NCBI GenBank assembly: GCA_002269645.1
Contig: NIVC01002882.1
Coordinates: forward strand, 68,137 to 132,136
Reading direction: 5' to 3'
DNA from: Macrostomum lignano
Lineage: Eukaryota
Length of the DNA: 64,000 nt
The notes under the pieces are model-generated. The model did not search any database. It was not told where the DNA came from and worked only from the letters and a program-made list of their open reading frames with translations. Each line of letters opens with the position of its first letter. Position 1 is the first letter of the stretch. A program made the position numbers and the translations under genes. This document shows positions 26,189 to 39,125 of the stretch, piece after piece.

Positions 26189-26914
26189 TTAACTCTTAAT
26201 TAACACTGACTGAACCAATTATGAGCTTAATATGTGCTCATTGCATTACAAGCATGACCTAATCAATGCTATCAGTGCGTGGCTGCTTATAAAGAATTGA
26301 AACGTCTTGTATTCGTAACTTGAAATTAAATAAATCATGAAATTTTGCACCGTGTTATCCATCTCGAACACAACAAGTATTTAGAGAACGGTGACTATCC
26401 GTAGCATAAATGCCTCTTGAGCAAATGCCTGACGTTTTTTCAAAACTGCCATAGTTAGCCTCAATTAAAGCATTGTTTTTGTGTATGAAAAATAAATTAG
26501 ACAGAAGTTAAAAAGTAGCCAAAAAGTCACCCACATCTACAACCCAATCGTTTAAAGTCCAAAAGTATTATTAGCTACTCAGTTGTTGCACGAAGTCTAG
26601 TTGTGTACTTTTACAAATTTACCATAGACAGTTGAACTTTTAGAAATTCTCTGCAATAATGCTCGTACTCGCAACTATAAAGTTTTATTTGCTGGCTATT
26701 TTTATAAAAGTACATTGGTTTTACTGCATTGACGACGTGTACAACACGTGCGTACACACACTACTACGCGGTAGATTCCTGTTCTATTTTTAGAAATGAT
26801 GTCCATTTTTTCCGAGAGAAAGCACACACGCTTTGAGAAAAACACCAAGTGTAAAGCCGGAAGGAATGCCACAGCTTGTAGTTGACCACCTACCAAGTTT
26901 CTGACAGTAGTGGC

Positions 26915-27480
26915 TCATGTTAGAGAGATTAGTGGGTCACGCTGCAGATATTAGTGGGTCACGCTACAGAGATTAGTGGGTCACTCTAGAGAGATTAGTG
27001 GGTCATGCTACAGAGATTAGTGGGTCACGCTACAGAGACTAGTGCGTCACGCTAGAGAAACTAGTGGGTCACGCTAGAGAGATTAGTGGGTCACGCTAGA
27101 GAGACTAGTGGGTCACGCTAGAGAGATTAGTGGGTCAGGCTAGATAGATTAGTGGGTCACGCTAGAGAGATTAGTGGGTCAGGCTAGATAGATTAGTGGG
27201 TCACGCTAGAGAGATTAGTGGGTCACGCTAGAGAGATTAGTGGGTCACGCTAGAGAAACTAGTGGGTCACGCTAGAGAGATTAGTGGGTCACGCTAGAGA
27301 GACTAGTGGGTCACGCTAGAGAGATTAGTGGGTCACGCTAGATAGATTAGTGGGTCACGCTAGAGAGATTAGTGGGTCAGGCTAGATAGATTAGTGGGTC
27401 ACGCTAGAGAGATTAGTGAGTCACGCTAGAGAGACTAGTGGGTCACGCTAGAGAGATTAGTGAGTCGTGATAGAGAGATT
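26915..27480. repeat. 22-bp minisatellite GAGATTAGTGGGTCACGCTAGA
   Basis: Direct reading. Confidence 0.95.
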
Positions 27481-27585
27481 TGTGTTTCAAGCTAGAAATA
27501 TGGCATGATTCATAAATGACGTAACTACAATAAAAGATGAGGCAGTTCCCTGTACCTGCCAAGTATGCTACCTAATTGACCTCAG

Positions 27586-27616
27586 GGTACTGCCTCATAA
27601 ACATATTGCTATAAAT
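27586..27616 (+). promoter_or_regulatory. GGTACTGCC motif plus TATA box, gene D
   Basis: GGTACTGCC 27586, TATAAAT 27610. Confidence 0.62.
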
Positions 27617-27704
27617 GTTTTTATGCTAACAGGTAAGCAAGTTTATGATTTTTTATCTTTATCTCAACTATACAGCATCTTTATGAAGAGTCTGCTCAAT
27701 TGAA

Positions 27705-28501
27705 ATGTCATCTTGCTGCTATTGTGTTAATCGAAGGCAAAGATGCCGGCGATGCAGGTAAAGTCGCTCACACACATCATACTAGAGCTGCAAACTAAGG
27801 AAAACATTAAAATTGATTTTTTTGCACGCAAAATTTCAGGTTCATGCAAGATTATATCGACTGGAAGAACAACCAGTTGACATACAACCAACAACCAGAG
27901 CGGACTCCGTGTTGTCATATTCACCATACACTCGAAAGTCTTACTGACGATGGCTGTTGCGACCCGGACAGATGCCAAGTTTGCATCAACAAGAGAAGGT
28001 ACGTACTCTAGATTTATTAAACAACGCCAAAGTGATAATGCCAACTGACTCTTCGCTCTATTATCAGAGCGTCGAACTCACGACTGAAAGGTCGGAGGTT
28101 CGACTCCCAAACCAACTCGGAACAATGTGTGTCCTTGAGCAAGAGACACTCAACTCTGCATTGTTTCAGTTCACCCAGCTGTAAAATGGGTGCCAGCATT
28201 AGCTGGGGTAATTGAGGGTGTGTGGCGACCCCCCAGTCCTTGGACTGAACAGCCGTACGCAGCCTTCAGCTGCGGCTGAGCTGTCGGTTGCACATCCGCC
28301 CAGTCCATTAAGACAGGTGTAGCTCGTAATTAGCTATATTAATTTAAAATCTTCGCTCTAAGGATCAACATTAATTTAAGCATATGATACGATTTTTTCA
28401 GTGAATTTTACCACAATGGAAACCGCAGACCGCGTCCAAACTGCTGTTGCTACCATTTCTACTGGCATCAGTGCCAGACTCCGAGCTGCTCAGTTCTATG
28501 A
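27705..28501 (+). CDS. Small Cys-rich protein D (103 aa); exons 27705-27757, 27840-27998, 28402-28501
   Basis: MSSCCYCVNRRQRCRRCRFMQDYIDWKNNQLTYNQQPERTPCCHIHHTLESLTDDGCCDPDRCQVCINKRSEFYHNGNRRPRPNCCCYHFYWHQCQTPSCSVL*. Phase 2/2 GT-AG introns. Confidence 0.87.
28055..28325 (+). mobile_element. tRNA-derived SINE, copy 3 (intron 2 of gene D)
   Basis: GAAAGGTCGGAGGTTCGACTCCC head plus the shared body. Confidence 0.8.
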
Positions 28502-28874
28502 GATCATTGAGTTCAGGAACTGCTGCCGCCATCAGTTTGACTGATCGAATGAAAATTACTTCATTTTTTCATTTTTGTTTGACTCGATCATTGACTTTTC
28601 AGCTTTGAATTTTTACGAAATACGTGTTGTAGACCTAGAGTGTGAACTGTTTATTTATGTTATCTTTAAAAATCGATCTTTATTTCGCAAGAATTGTAAC
28701 CTATGGATTAGCGACCAACAGGTGAATACAGCTGTTCTCTACCAATAAACTCATCAACTGAGACTCACGAAAGGACTTACTAATTCACTTATGGACTTGC
28801 AAAGAACTCACCCAATCTTTAAGCAAAATAGATCATAAAATGCTTGTAAAAACCATGCCTGTGACAAAACCCTA

Positions 28875-29870
28875 AGATTAGGGTCATGTAGCCGTCACGA
28901 TGGGTCATGTAGCAGTCGTGTTAGTGACATGCAGCAGTCATGTTAGGGTCATGCAGCAGTCATGTAAGGGTCATGCAGCAGTCTTGTTAGGGTCATGCAG
29001 CAGTCATGTTAGGGTCATGCAGCAGTCATGTTAGGGTCATGCAGCAGTCATGTTAGGGTCATGCAGCAGTCACGTTAGGGTCCATGCAGCAGTCATGTTA
29101 GGGTCATGCAGCAGTCATGTTAGGATCATGCAGCAGTCACGTTAGGGTCCATGCAGCAGTCATGTTAGGGTCATGCAGCAGTCATGTTAGGGTCATGCAG
29201 CAGTCATGTTAGGGTCATGCAGCAGTCATGTTAGGGTCATGCAGCAGTCACGTTAGGGTCATGCAGCAGTCATGTTAGGGTCATGCAGCAGTCATGTAAG
29301 GGTCATGCAGCAGTCTTGTTAGAGTCATACAGCAGTCATGTTAGAGTCATGCAGCAGTGATGTTAGGGTCATGCAGCAGTCATGTAAGGGTCATGCAGCA
29401 GTGATGTTAGGGTCATGCAGCAGTCATGTAAGGGTCATTCAGCAGTCTTGTTAGAGTCATGCAGCAGTCATGTTAGGGTCATGCACCGGTCATGCTAGAG
29501 TCATGCAGCATTCATGTTAGGGTCCATGCAGCATTCATGTTAGGGTCATGCAGCAGTCTTGTTAGGGTCATACAGCAGTGACGGTGGGTCATGCAGCAGT
29601 CACGTTAGGGTCATGCAGCAGTCATGTTAGGGTCATGCAGCAGTCATGTTAGGGTCATGCAGCAGTCATGTTAGGGTCATGCAGCAGTCATGTTAGGGTC
29701 ATGCAGCAGTCATGTTAGGGTCATGCAGCAGTTACGTTAGGGTCATGCAGCAGTCACGTTAGGGTCATACAGCAGTCACGTTAGGGTCATACAGCAGTCG
29801 TGTTCTGATCATGCAGCAGTCATGTTAGGGTCATGCAGCAGTCATGTTAGGGTCATGCAGCAGTCACGGT
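28875..29870. repeat. 22-bp minisatellite GTTAGGGTCATGCAGCAGTCAT
   Basis: Direct reading; most units contain TTAGGG. Confidence 0.95.
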
Positions 29871-29945
29871 GTGTCAGATGTGTTTTTCTTGTTGCTTAAT
29901 AAGGTACTGACTAAACTGGATCATGAATTGCAACTGAGTTAAGGA

Positions 29946-29976
29946 GGTACTGCCTAATAATCTCATGAGTATAAAA
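29946..29976 (+). promoter_or_regulatory. GGTACTGCC motif plus TATA box, gene E
   Basis: GGTACTGCC 29946, TATAAAA 29970. Confidence 0.62.
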
Positions 29977-30080
29977 AGCAGTGCCGTCTTGTCGATCAGT
30001 GGCTGCATGAATTTAAAAGAAATTGATTTAGCTACCTTGTTCCAACTGCAATCTGTTGAGTGATTTAACTCCTAATAGAA

Positions 30081-30525
30081 ATGTCAAGCTGCTGTCGTTG
30101 CGTAGGACACCAAAGATGCGTCCGCTGCGTGTAAGTAGCGTCTGAATCATTTCTGTGTTGCTCCAGTTTATCTGAATTCGGTGTCCTTCATTTCGAAAAA
30201 AAAACATTTCAGCCTGATGAGGAAATACATTGAATGGCAAAGCAAAGCACTGAGCAGAGGTATGAGGACCCAGTGCTGCTATCTTCATCACGAGCAGGAT
30301 ATTCTGGCTGATGACGGTTGCTGCAAAAGAAATTGCAGTGTTTGCAACAACAACCGCAGGTTAGCTCATTTTTTGTTTTAGATATTATATAGCCTCTTAG
30401 CAACACGAAAAATATTGTAAATTTGCCTTTTCAGCAAGTACTTCTACAGCGGCAATCAACGCAACGAGTACCCCAACTGCTGCTGCTACCATTTCTTTCC
30501 AAGTAAATATCGGGTCAATGATTAG
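30081..30525 (+). CDS. Small Cys-rich protein E (95 aa); exons 30081-30130, 30213-30359, 30435-30525
   Basis: MSSCCRCVGHQRCVRCVLMRKYIEWQSKALSRGMRTQCCYLHHEQDILADDGCCKRNCSVCNNNRSKYFYSGNQRNEYPNCCCYHFFPSKYRVND*. Confidence 0.87.
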
Positions 30526-31229
30526 ACAGGTACAGATCGACATGGATTGTTTGACTACAGAACCACAATAATACGTTTTTTATAGTGTTATTTCACAATA
30601 CGTCCCGTATTGTGATTATCAATAACCATTTCACTGCTAACTAAAAATCTTGAGTACCAAAACATAAGACGTCATTATTTTCAAAAGGCGATAACAATAC
30701 GAGTCATTTTTGAAGAATTCATAATTCACTTTCGGTTGCTGAAAGAATTCACATTTTGGATAATTTTTTACCAATTCAACAAATAATCGATTGTCATATT
30801 GATGCAAGGAAGTGTATTAAAACAAATATACAATTATTCGGAATGCATGCGATTTCACATTCATATCTTTTTGAATATTTTTTTCCGCGTTCTAGCTTGT
30901 CAATAAATCGTTATGAAAACGAAAACTCTGAAAAACGTCAGTACAAAACATTCAATCTACTCTTTAGGTGTCTTTTCGGACACAAACACGGTAGATTCCT
31001 GTTCTATTTTAATAAGTGACAAAACCATCGCCTATGGGTTGGCCTCTTTTAGGCGTGACGCTTTATTTTAATTTAGCAACAAAATTCAACTAAAATTCAA
31101 AATAGATTTGGGAAGTCGTCTATACATGCTGATGTGGCACCGTTCATAGTGACAATGACTTTTGAGAAACACTCAGTTACTCATTCATGCAGTCACCCAC
31201 TCAGAGAACTAAGACACACTATTGACAAA

Positions 31230-31640
<411 letters not shown>

Positions 31641-32080
31641 TAAAATGTTAATCCCCCTTGAGCCATGGCATCTCAGCAACTCCCCCTTGAGCCATGGCAT
31701 CTCATCTTTTGCTATAACAACATCTTTAGACTCTTGGAGCAGAAAAATCTGTGGTTGAGTTGAAGTTAAAATCGCTGAACTGGTCCTTGTTAGAAGATGA
31801 AAAATGAAACTATTTGAGTTTTGCAGCTGAAAAACTTGCAGAATGTTTAATAACGAAAACGGCATTTATTATCAGCAGTGAAATGTTTGTCAGTTTCATA
31901 GCTCTATTTAGCCATGAATCAGTTGAACCAGAGCTACTGGGAACAACCGCTTTAATCTTACAATGCAGTACCGTGTAAACGGGTGTAGCTCGTATATGAA
32001 TGGGATGCATTTTTAGTTTCCTTCAATGCTAGAAACTGCCTCAAGGAATTGCTTTTTGTTACCAGCTAAAAAGCTTAAGA

Positions 32081-32519
32081 ATGGTGGACTGCTGCAGCGG
32101 CAAATCGTTGTTTTTTTGGGATTGCGAAAATTGCACGTAAGTCAATCCAGCTGACATCTGAAATTATTTTAATTTGAATTAGTCACTAAAAAGCGCCAGA
32201 GATATCCTGCTAACTTTCAGTAAGGTGAAGGACTTTGCCGCATTCTGGCACAATAATGGAGGCAACGGAAGACTGTCTTGCAAGTGTTGCAAGCACTTCA
32301 GCAGCAATGCTGGATGCTACATTGTTTCCAACTGCAATGTGTGCAAGAAGTTCGGCTGGTGAGGATGCCATGGGCAAATACTAGTACTAGCAGCTCTGTA
32401 TATTTTTCCATACACATTTCTGTTGTTCTTACTCAAAATTTGGTTAAAATTTTAGTGCCAAAGACAAGGACCACCCGAACTGCTGCTGCAGGCACTACTA
32501 CATGTCTGGAGGACGATAA
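32081..32519 (+). CDS. Small Cys-rich protein F (85 aa); exons 32081-32136, 32221-32358, 32456-32519
   Basis: MVDCCSGKSLFFWDCENCTKVKDFAAFWHNNGGNGRLSCKCCKHFSSNAGCYIVSNCNVCKKFGCAKDKDHPNCCCRHYYMSGGR*. Confidence 0.85.
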
Positions 32520-32752
32520 TTAAGAATGCTAACGATTAACGGCTGAAAACTGACTTGTAACCCATGACGCTTTATTTTTATTCTCTTATTTCTGACTAAA
32601 ATTGAAAATAAATTTCGGAAAATCGTTCATTACAGTGTCAACTTGGTTGATGTGGCACCGTTTACAGTAATATCTTTTTGAAAAACAAGTTCACTTTACC
32701 AAGAACTTTTTGTCAAATTTTACCAAGTTGAAGAGAGCTAAGCTACGTGTAG

Positions 32753-33080
32753 CTCACTCATGCAGTCACTCACTCATGCAGTCACTCATGCAGTCACTCA
32801 CTCATGCAGTCACTCACTCATGCAGTCACTCACTCATGCAGTCACTCACTCATGCAGTCACTCACTCATGCAGTCACTCACTCATGCAGTCACTCACTCA
32901 TGCAGTCACTCACTCATGCAGTCACTCACTCATGCAGTCACTCACTCATGCAGTCACTCACTCATGCAGTCACTCACTCATGCAGTCACTCACTCATGCA
33001 GTCACTCCTTCATGCAGTCACTCTCTCATGCAGTCACTCACTCATACAGTCATTCGCTCACGCAGTCACTCTCTCATGCA
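32753..33080. repeat. 16-bp minisatellite CACTCATGCAGTCACT
   Basis: Direct reading. Confidence 0.95.
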
Positions 33081-33574
33081 TTATCAACAGCTGTTAAAGT
33101 GTTAAATTTGATTTAAATTTTGCCTCGTGACCACACTTGCACCCTCCCCCGAAAAGTGGGAGTGGAATGCCTAGTCTATCGTACTAAGTTTTGGTCTAAA
33201 CCACTGCTATACTATTGTGCGCTCTTGTACAGCATTGGCACAGCTGTGACTCCGCCACTATGAACATTTTTCCTACCAAGGGACAGAGAGTAGCTCCTTC
33301 GTATATTGCAAGGGGTGGTTCCCCGTTCTATTTTTAGCCATGGCGCATTCGCCTGGTATAGAATATGTCTAATGCTTTGTACTGTTAAACTTTAATTTAT
33401 AGCGTTTTTAGTAAATATCTAAATCAAAATGTAAGCTTACATATGTTTGCCGAATGAGTGCAGAGATTGTGTCTTGAACATGTATATTCTTTCATGTACC
33501 TTCAATTTTTGTATTTTGTGTCCTCGATTTAGTCGTATTTATTAGCATTCCTCAGTTTTCTTTTCCGGCGTTCA

Positions 33575-34815
33575 TAATGTGTCTCTGATGTTGATGGAAT
33601 GTGTGCTCAATATATGGCATATTGATCTGTGCTCAGTGTGTCTTTGATGTTGATTGAATGTGTGCTCAATATGGCATATTGATCTGTGCTCAGCGTGTCT
33701 TTGATGTGGATTGAATGTGTGCTCAATATATGGCATATTGATCTGTGCTCAGTGTGTCTCTGATGTCGATTGAATGTGTGCTCAATATATGGCGTATTGA
33801 TCTGTGCTCAGTGTGTCTTTGATGTTGATTGAATGTGTGCTCAATATATGGCATATTGATCTGTGCTCAGTGTGTCTCTGATGTCGATTGAATGTGTGCT
33901 CAATATATGGCATATTGGTATGCCCTCAGTGTGTCTCTGATGTTGATTGAATGTGTGCTCAATATATGGCATATTGATCTGTGCTCAGTGTGTCTCTGAT
34001 GTTGATTGAATGTGTGCTCAATATATGGCATATTGGTATGCCCTCAGTGTGTCTCTGATGTTGATTGAATGTGTGCTCAATATATGGCATATTGATCTGT
34101 GCTCAGTGTGTCTCTGATGTTGATTGAATGTGTGCTCAATATATGGCATATTGATCTGTGCTCAGTGTGTCTCTGATGTTGATTGAATGTGTGCTCAATA
34201 TATGGCATATTGATCTGTGCTCAGTGTGTCTTTGATGTTGATTGAATGTGTGCTCAATATATGGCATATTGATCTGTGCTCAGTGTGTCTCTGATGTTGA
34301 TTGAATGTGTGCTCAATATATGGCATATTGATCTGTGCTCAGTGTGTCTCTGATGTTGATTGAATGTGTGCTCAATATATGGCATATTGGTATGCCCTCA
34401 GTGTGTCTCTGATGTTGATTGAATGTGTGCTCAATATATGGCATATTGATCTGTGCTCAGTGTGTCTCTGATGTTGATTGAATGTGTGCTCAATATATGG
34501 CATATTGATCTGTGCTCAGCGTGTCTCTGATGTTGATTGAATGTGTGCTCAATATATGGCATATTGATCTGTGCTCAGCGTGTCTTTGATGTTGATTGAA
34601 TGTGTGCTCAATATATGGCATATTGATCTGTGCTCAGTGTGTCTTTGATGTTGATTGAATGTGTGCTCAATATATGGCATATTGATCTGTGCTCAGTGTG
34701 TCTTTGATGTTGATTGAATGTGTGCTCAATATATGGCATATTGATCTGTGCTCAGTGTGTATTTGATGTTGATTGAATGTGTGCTCAATATATGAAATAT
34801 TGATGTCCTCAGTGT
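33575..34815. repeat. 59-bp minisatellite (~21 units)
   Basis: TGTGCTCAATATATGGCATATTGATCTGTGCTCAGTGTGTCTCTGATGTTGATTGAATG, repeated. Confidence 0.95.
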
Positions 34816-35363
34816 CTTTTTATTTGCTTTTATGATGTCTTTGATGTCTTTGATGTCTCTTCAGCATGTCTTCTAGGTGTCCTCATCACATTAGCCCATG
34901 GTGCACATGCATGTGTCAGTATAAAACTTACCTACTCGTAGATCCTCATACTCATAGTCACGGAAAGTTTAAAAAGTTACATAGAAAAAAATGAGTTTTT
35001 CATACAAAATAATTCTTTAAGATTCTTTATATACGCTCGTACATATCGCAAAAACCTAATTAAGAACTTGCGCCAGTGCCTTGAAGCGTACATATGGTGC
35101 ATCTGTGTACTCCCCCCGATCCTGCAGTCAGAAAGTCCCAACATAATGGACAATTTTCAGGCTAGACTATGTAAATTGTCAAAACAGCACCATTGCATTG
35201 TAGAGTAGAGTCATCTAAAATTAGTCGTGACCTAAGCAAAACTTTAGTCCCTTGTTAGACTAGTTAAACTGGTGACGTATTTACTACTAGTTGAGTACGA
35301 GGTAGTAGTTTATTGAGCATATGCCATCATTCTGAATCTGGCATATGATTCTTTAGTATCAAA

Positions 35364-35566
<203 letters not shown>

Positions 35567-36323
35567 GCAACACACGACCGTTGGTTCGAATTCATGCGCG
35601 ACCATATTCAAGGCACAGACAGTGTACATGCCTGAAGATGAGAAAGTCAGGGCACCTGTACACCCTGTGTGAGCGTGTGTGTGAGTACCCGCCTGCGTAC
35701 AGTATTGGTGCGCTTGTGTGCCTGCTCGCTCAGAAAAGTCGGCGGAATGGGCAGCAATGCCTCTCGCTGGTTGTGTGACAGCGTCGCTTAAAGTGCGCCA
35801 GGGTGCACACATTCCCCGTCTAAAGCTAAAAACCTTAACCTAATCCCTAATCTACCATTAACTAAAATCCAAACCCAGACACATCCAAAAATGGAGCGAC
35901 GAATGGCCGACGGCAAAAAAGATGAAATAAAACGCATGAAAATAGTTCTGTAGTCTTAATTGGCTTAAAGGAAAACACTAGGCACTGAGGCAATTGTTGT
36001 TTTTAGTCAAAAAAGTTGTTGTTTTCTAAAAATAAAGTACCTGCAATTCTGGGACAAGTTTAGCATATGGTAGGATGAGGAGATACATGTACAGTTACTT
36101 CGGTGGTAGTTTGTTAAATTACTTCATAATAAGAGTTCAAGAAACTTGGTAAGTATTACACCGTATCGATAAAAAACAGGACATCCTACAGACTCAAGAG
36201 CAATATGGAGCTCAAAATTAGATGCACTCTATCATCATCATCAAAAGGTGCTATCTTCTAAAACTGGGTGCGTCTGAACTTCATCTGGAAAAAAACTTAA
36301 TATCCAATATAAGCTCGTTAGTC

Positions 36324-38343
36324 TCACTGCCTGAGCATGCACTCAAAGGTCTTCATGGAGTAATCCAGTTTAAGCGCACTACCCTTCGTATCGAACAGGT
36401 AATAGAATATGCCTGTAGTATTCAGTGCAGCAGGTGGGAGCAGGTAAACACCGTTAGGATTGATGAAGTTGCACCAGCCGAACCAGCCAGCTGATCTCTG
36501 TTGGGCGCAGCTGCAGCCACAGTCGTCATTGTCGGAGTCCGGAGTGCTGAACTGCCAGTTGTTCGGCGAGTGCTTCGCAAAAGTACGCTGTCCGACACTC
36601 GACCTGCTCGCGTCCAGGGGTCCCATCGAGCACCTGTACTTGTCGCTCGCTGGGCCAACAGAGAACGGAGAATTCTCAGCCCAGTACCAGGTGCCGTTCC
36701 AGTCGCTGAACTCCCAGCGGACTCTCCACACTCCAGTGGCGGTGAGCTGGTGGAGCTGCTCCAGCCCCATCCAGTAGTTGAGACTCTCGCCCTGACCGAA
36801 TCCGCTCGCGTAGTCCGTCCAGTTCCGGTTGAAGCTGACGGAGCCGTCGACTCGGTGCTGGAAGGTCGTCCAGCACTTCACCGGCTCCCTCATCTGCAGG
36901 GGCGCAAAAGTGCTGCATTTGTTTCTCCAGATCAAACGCAATCCTCACTTTAGAAGTGTTCAAGCGCACTTAGGCTTTATATAATAGATAATAGTTTCTA
37001 GGAGGGCGACATCGTCTCACGACATCCTGCGCTGAAGCTATTCTGCCCATTCCGTTGACTCCCGAGCACATGCAAGCGTGCCAATACCGTAAACACGCAC
37101 ACACGGGGTGTACATCGGCCCTGACTTTCTAATCGTCTGGAATGTACAGTCTCTGCGTCTTAGAGTTGTCCGCATGGCTGTGAATCGCCCGATCAGTAAG
37201 TTGATGCACAGCCCTCTGGCCTACTGTGTGAGCCGCTTTCAAGATCACTAGCAAGTAACTCACGCGCCACACTATGGCCTCTCTGTTGTGTAGCCAAGGC
37301 TTGAAGTTTTCCAGTTGAGTTGAAGTGCTAGGTGCGCACAGTTGCTTTTTTTATATTTTCGTTATTTAAAAAAAACTACATGATCGATATTTTAACTACA
37401 CTAGAAAAACTGCACGATCGATAAATTCAAGAGCTAGAGATATCACGTGATTAATAATACATTATACAGATAATTTATCAGCTACTCTACTTAAAGTGGC
37501 AGTATAAGTAATAGACAATAATAATAATATAGGTAGCATTTACGTTATACTTGAAATTCGTAAAATATTATCTATCATTAAGTTGGTCTGTCAGGTTACA
37601 CGACACAACACTCTCCAACCGACATGTACCTGTTGCTCATTCGCTACGAGTTGTACAACCCACAGCCGGTGCAGGAGGTGTCGCTTCTAACGCCGCAATC
37701 AACCGTCGAGGACAGTCGAGAGGACAGGCTGTTTTTCTGCGACGCTGTCGCTCTTTTCAGGCTTTTGTGCCAGCAAGTTTTCTTGTATTTTTGTTGAGAC
37801 ATCATCTTGTCTTCTTCAGGGGGCGCACTTGTCGTTTTTAATATTCTTGACTACATCCTGTGGACTGCTAAGAAAGCTGCATGACCAGCTGGTTGTCCTG
37901 TTGACAAAGGTCAGCCATGCTCAACATTGAAATGACCCAAAAACATGAGTCAACTGGCATCCTGAGCATTGTTGCTGCTATCTGACCCGAGACTGTTAGA
38001 CAGTACTTTATTAAATCTGAGACTTGACCCTCGGATATTTCATCTCACTCACCCACAGCTGAAGCAGGCTGGAGTCTCTGGCGTGCCGGCACTTCCTGCA
38101 GGCGTCCATCGCTCCCCGATCGCAGGCCAGCAGCGAGCAGGAGCCCGAGGCAGCGTCGAAGCGGACGGCGTCCGCGTTCTCAGTGACCGCAGTACAGTGA
38201 ATGTCGCTGCTGGCCTGCTTCACCGCCAGCACCCGGTACTCGGCGAGGTCGCCTCGCTGGCGCTTCCAGCCGGAGTTTGCGGCCACAGCAGTCGCCATGA
38301 CAGCGCAGATGAAGCTAAGAGTCAATGCTTGAGCCATCGCCAT
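36324..38343 (-). CDS. Secreted fibrinogen-related protein (~286 aa): signal peptide, PAN/apple-like region and fibrinogen C-terminal domain; exons 38343-38053 and 36893-36324
   Basis: Hydrophobic MAMAQALTLSFICAVMATAVAA leader; donor TGG|GTGAGT; acceptor CCCCTGCAG|ATG. FReD motifs: WTTFQHRVDGSVSFNRNWTDYASGFG, YWMGLEQLHQLT, FSTPDSDND, GWFGWCNFINPNG. An additional internal exon cannot be excluded. Confidence 0.85.
37590..37760 (+). mobile_element. Possible RTE 3' remnant in the fibrinogen-gene intron
   Basis: YNPQPVQEVSLLTPQ resembles YCPEPVQEVLLLTLQ at ~62270. Confidence 0.35.
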
Positions 38344-38711
38344 TTACACTACAGCTGCTTGGAGAACTGGGAGGGAAAAGTTGGGAGGCAAGAGCGGGCA
38401 GAAGCTGGTTAAATTTTATGTTGAAGCTGGGTTGCTGGGCGACGGAGAACAAAGCTCTGGAGAATGAGTCTGCTGAAGCTCTGCTTGCAGTGAAATAGGG
38501 AACCCTCAACTGCAACTTTTTCTTCTTATCAGCTTTTTTCGCAGCTGTATTGGACGGATGTTTGCCCTACAAAAGTGAAAACTAGAATTTCTTTAGGATT
38601 AGAAATTCTCTTGTTCAAATGCCTTTTTGGTGATTCACTGCTGCTGAGGTGACAGACACCTCTCCTTGAATACAGGCATTGAAGTATTAGACAATGGGCT
38701 CCCTGAAGGAG

Positions 38712-39125
<414 letters not shown>

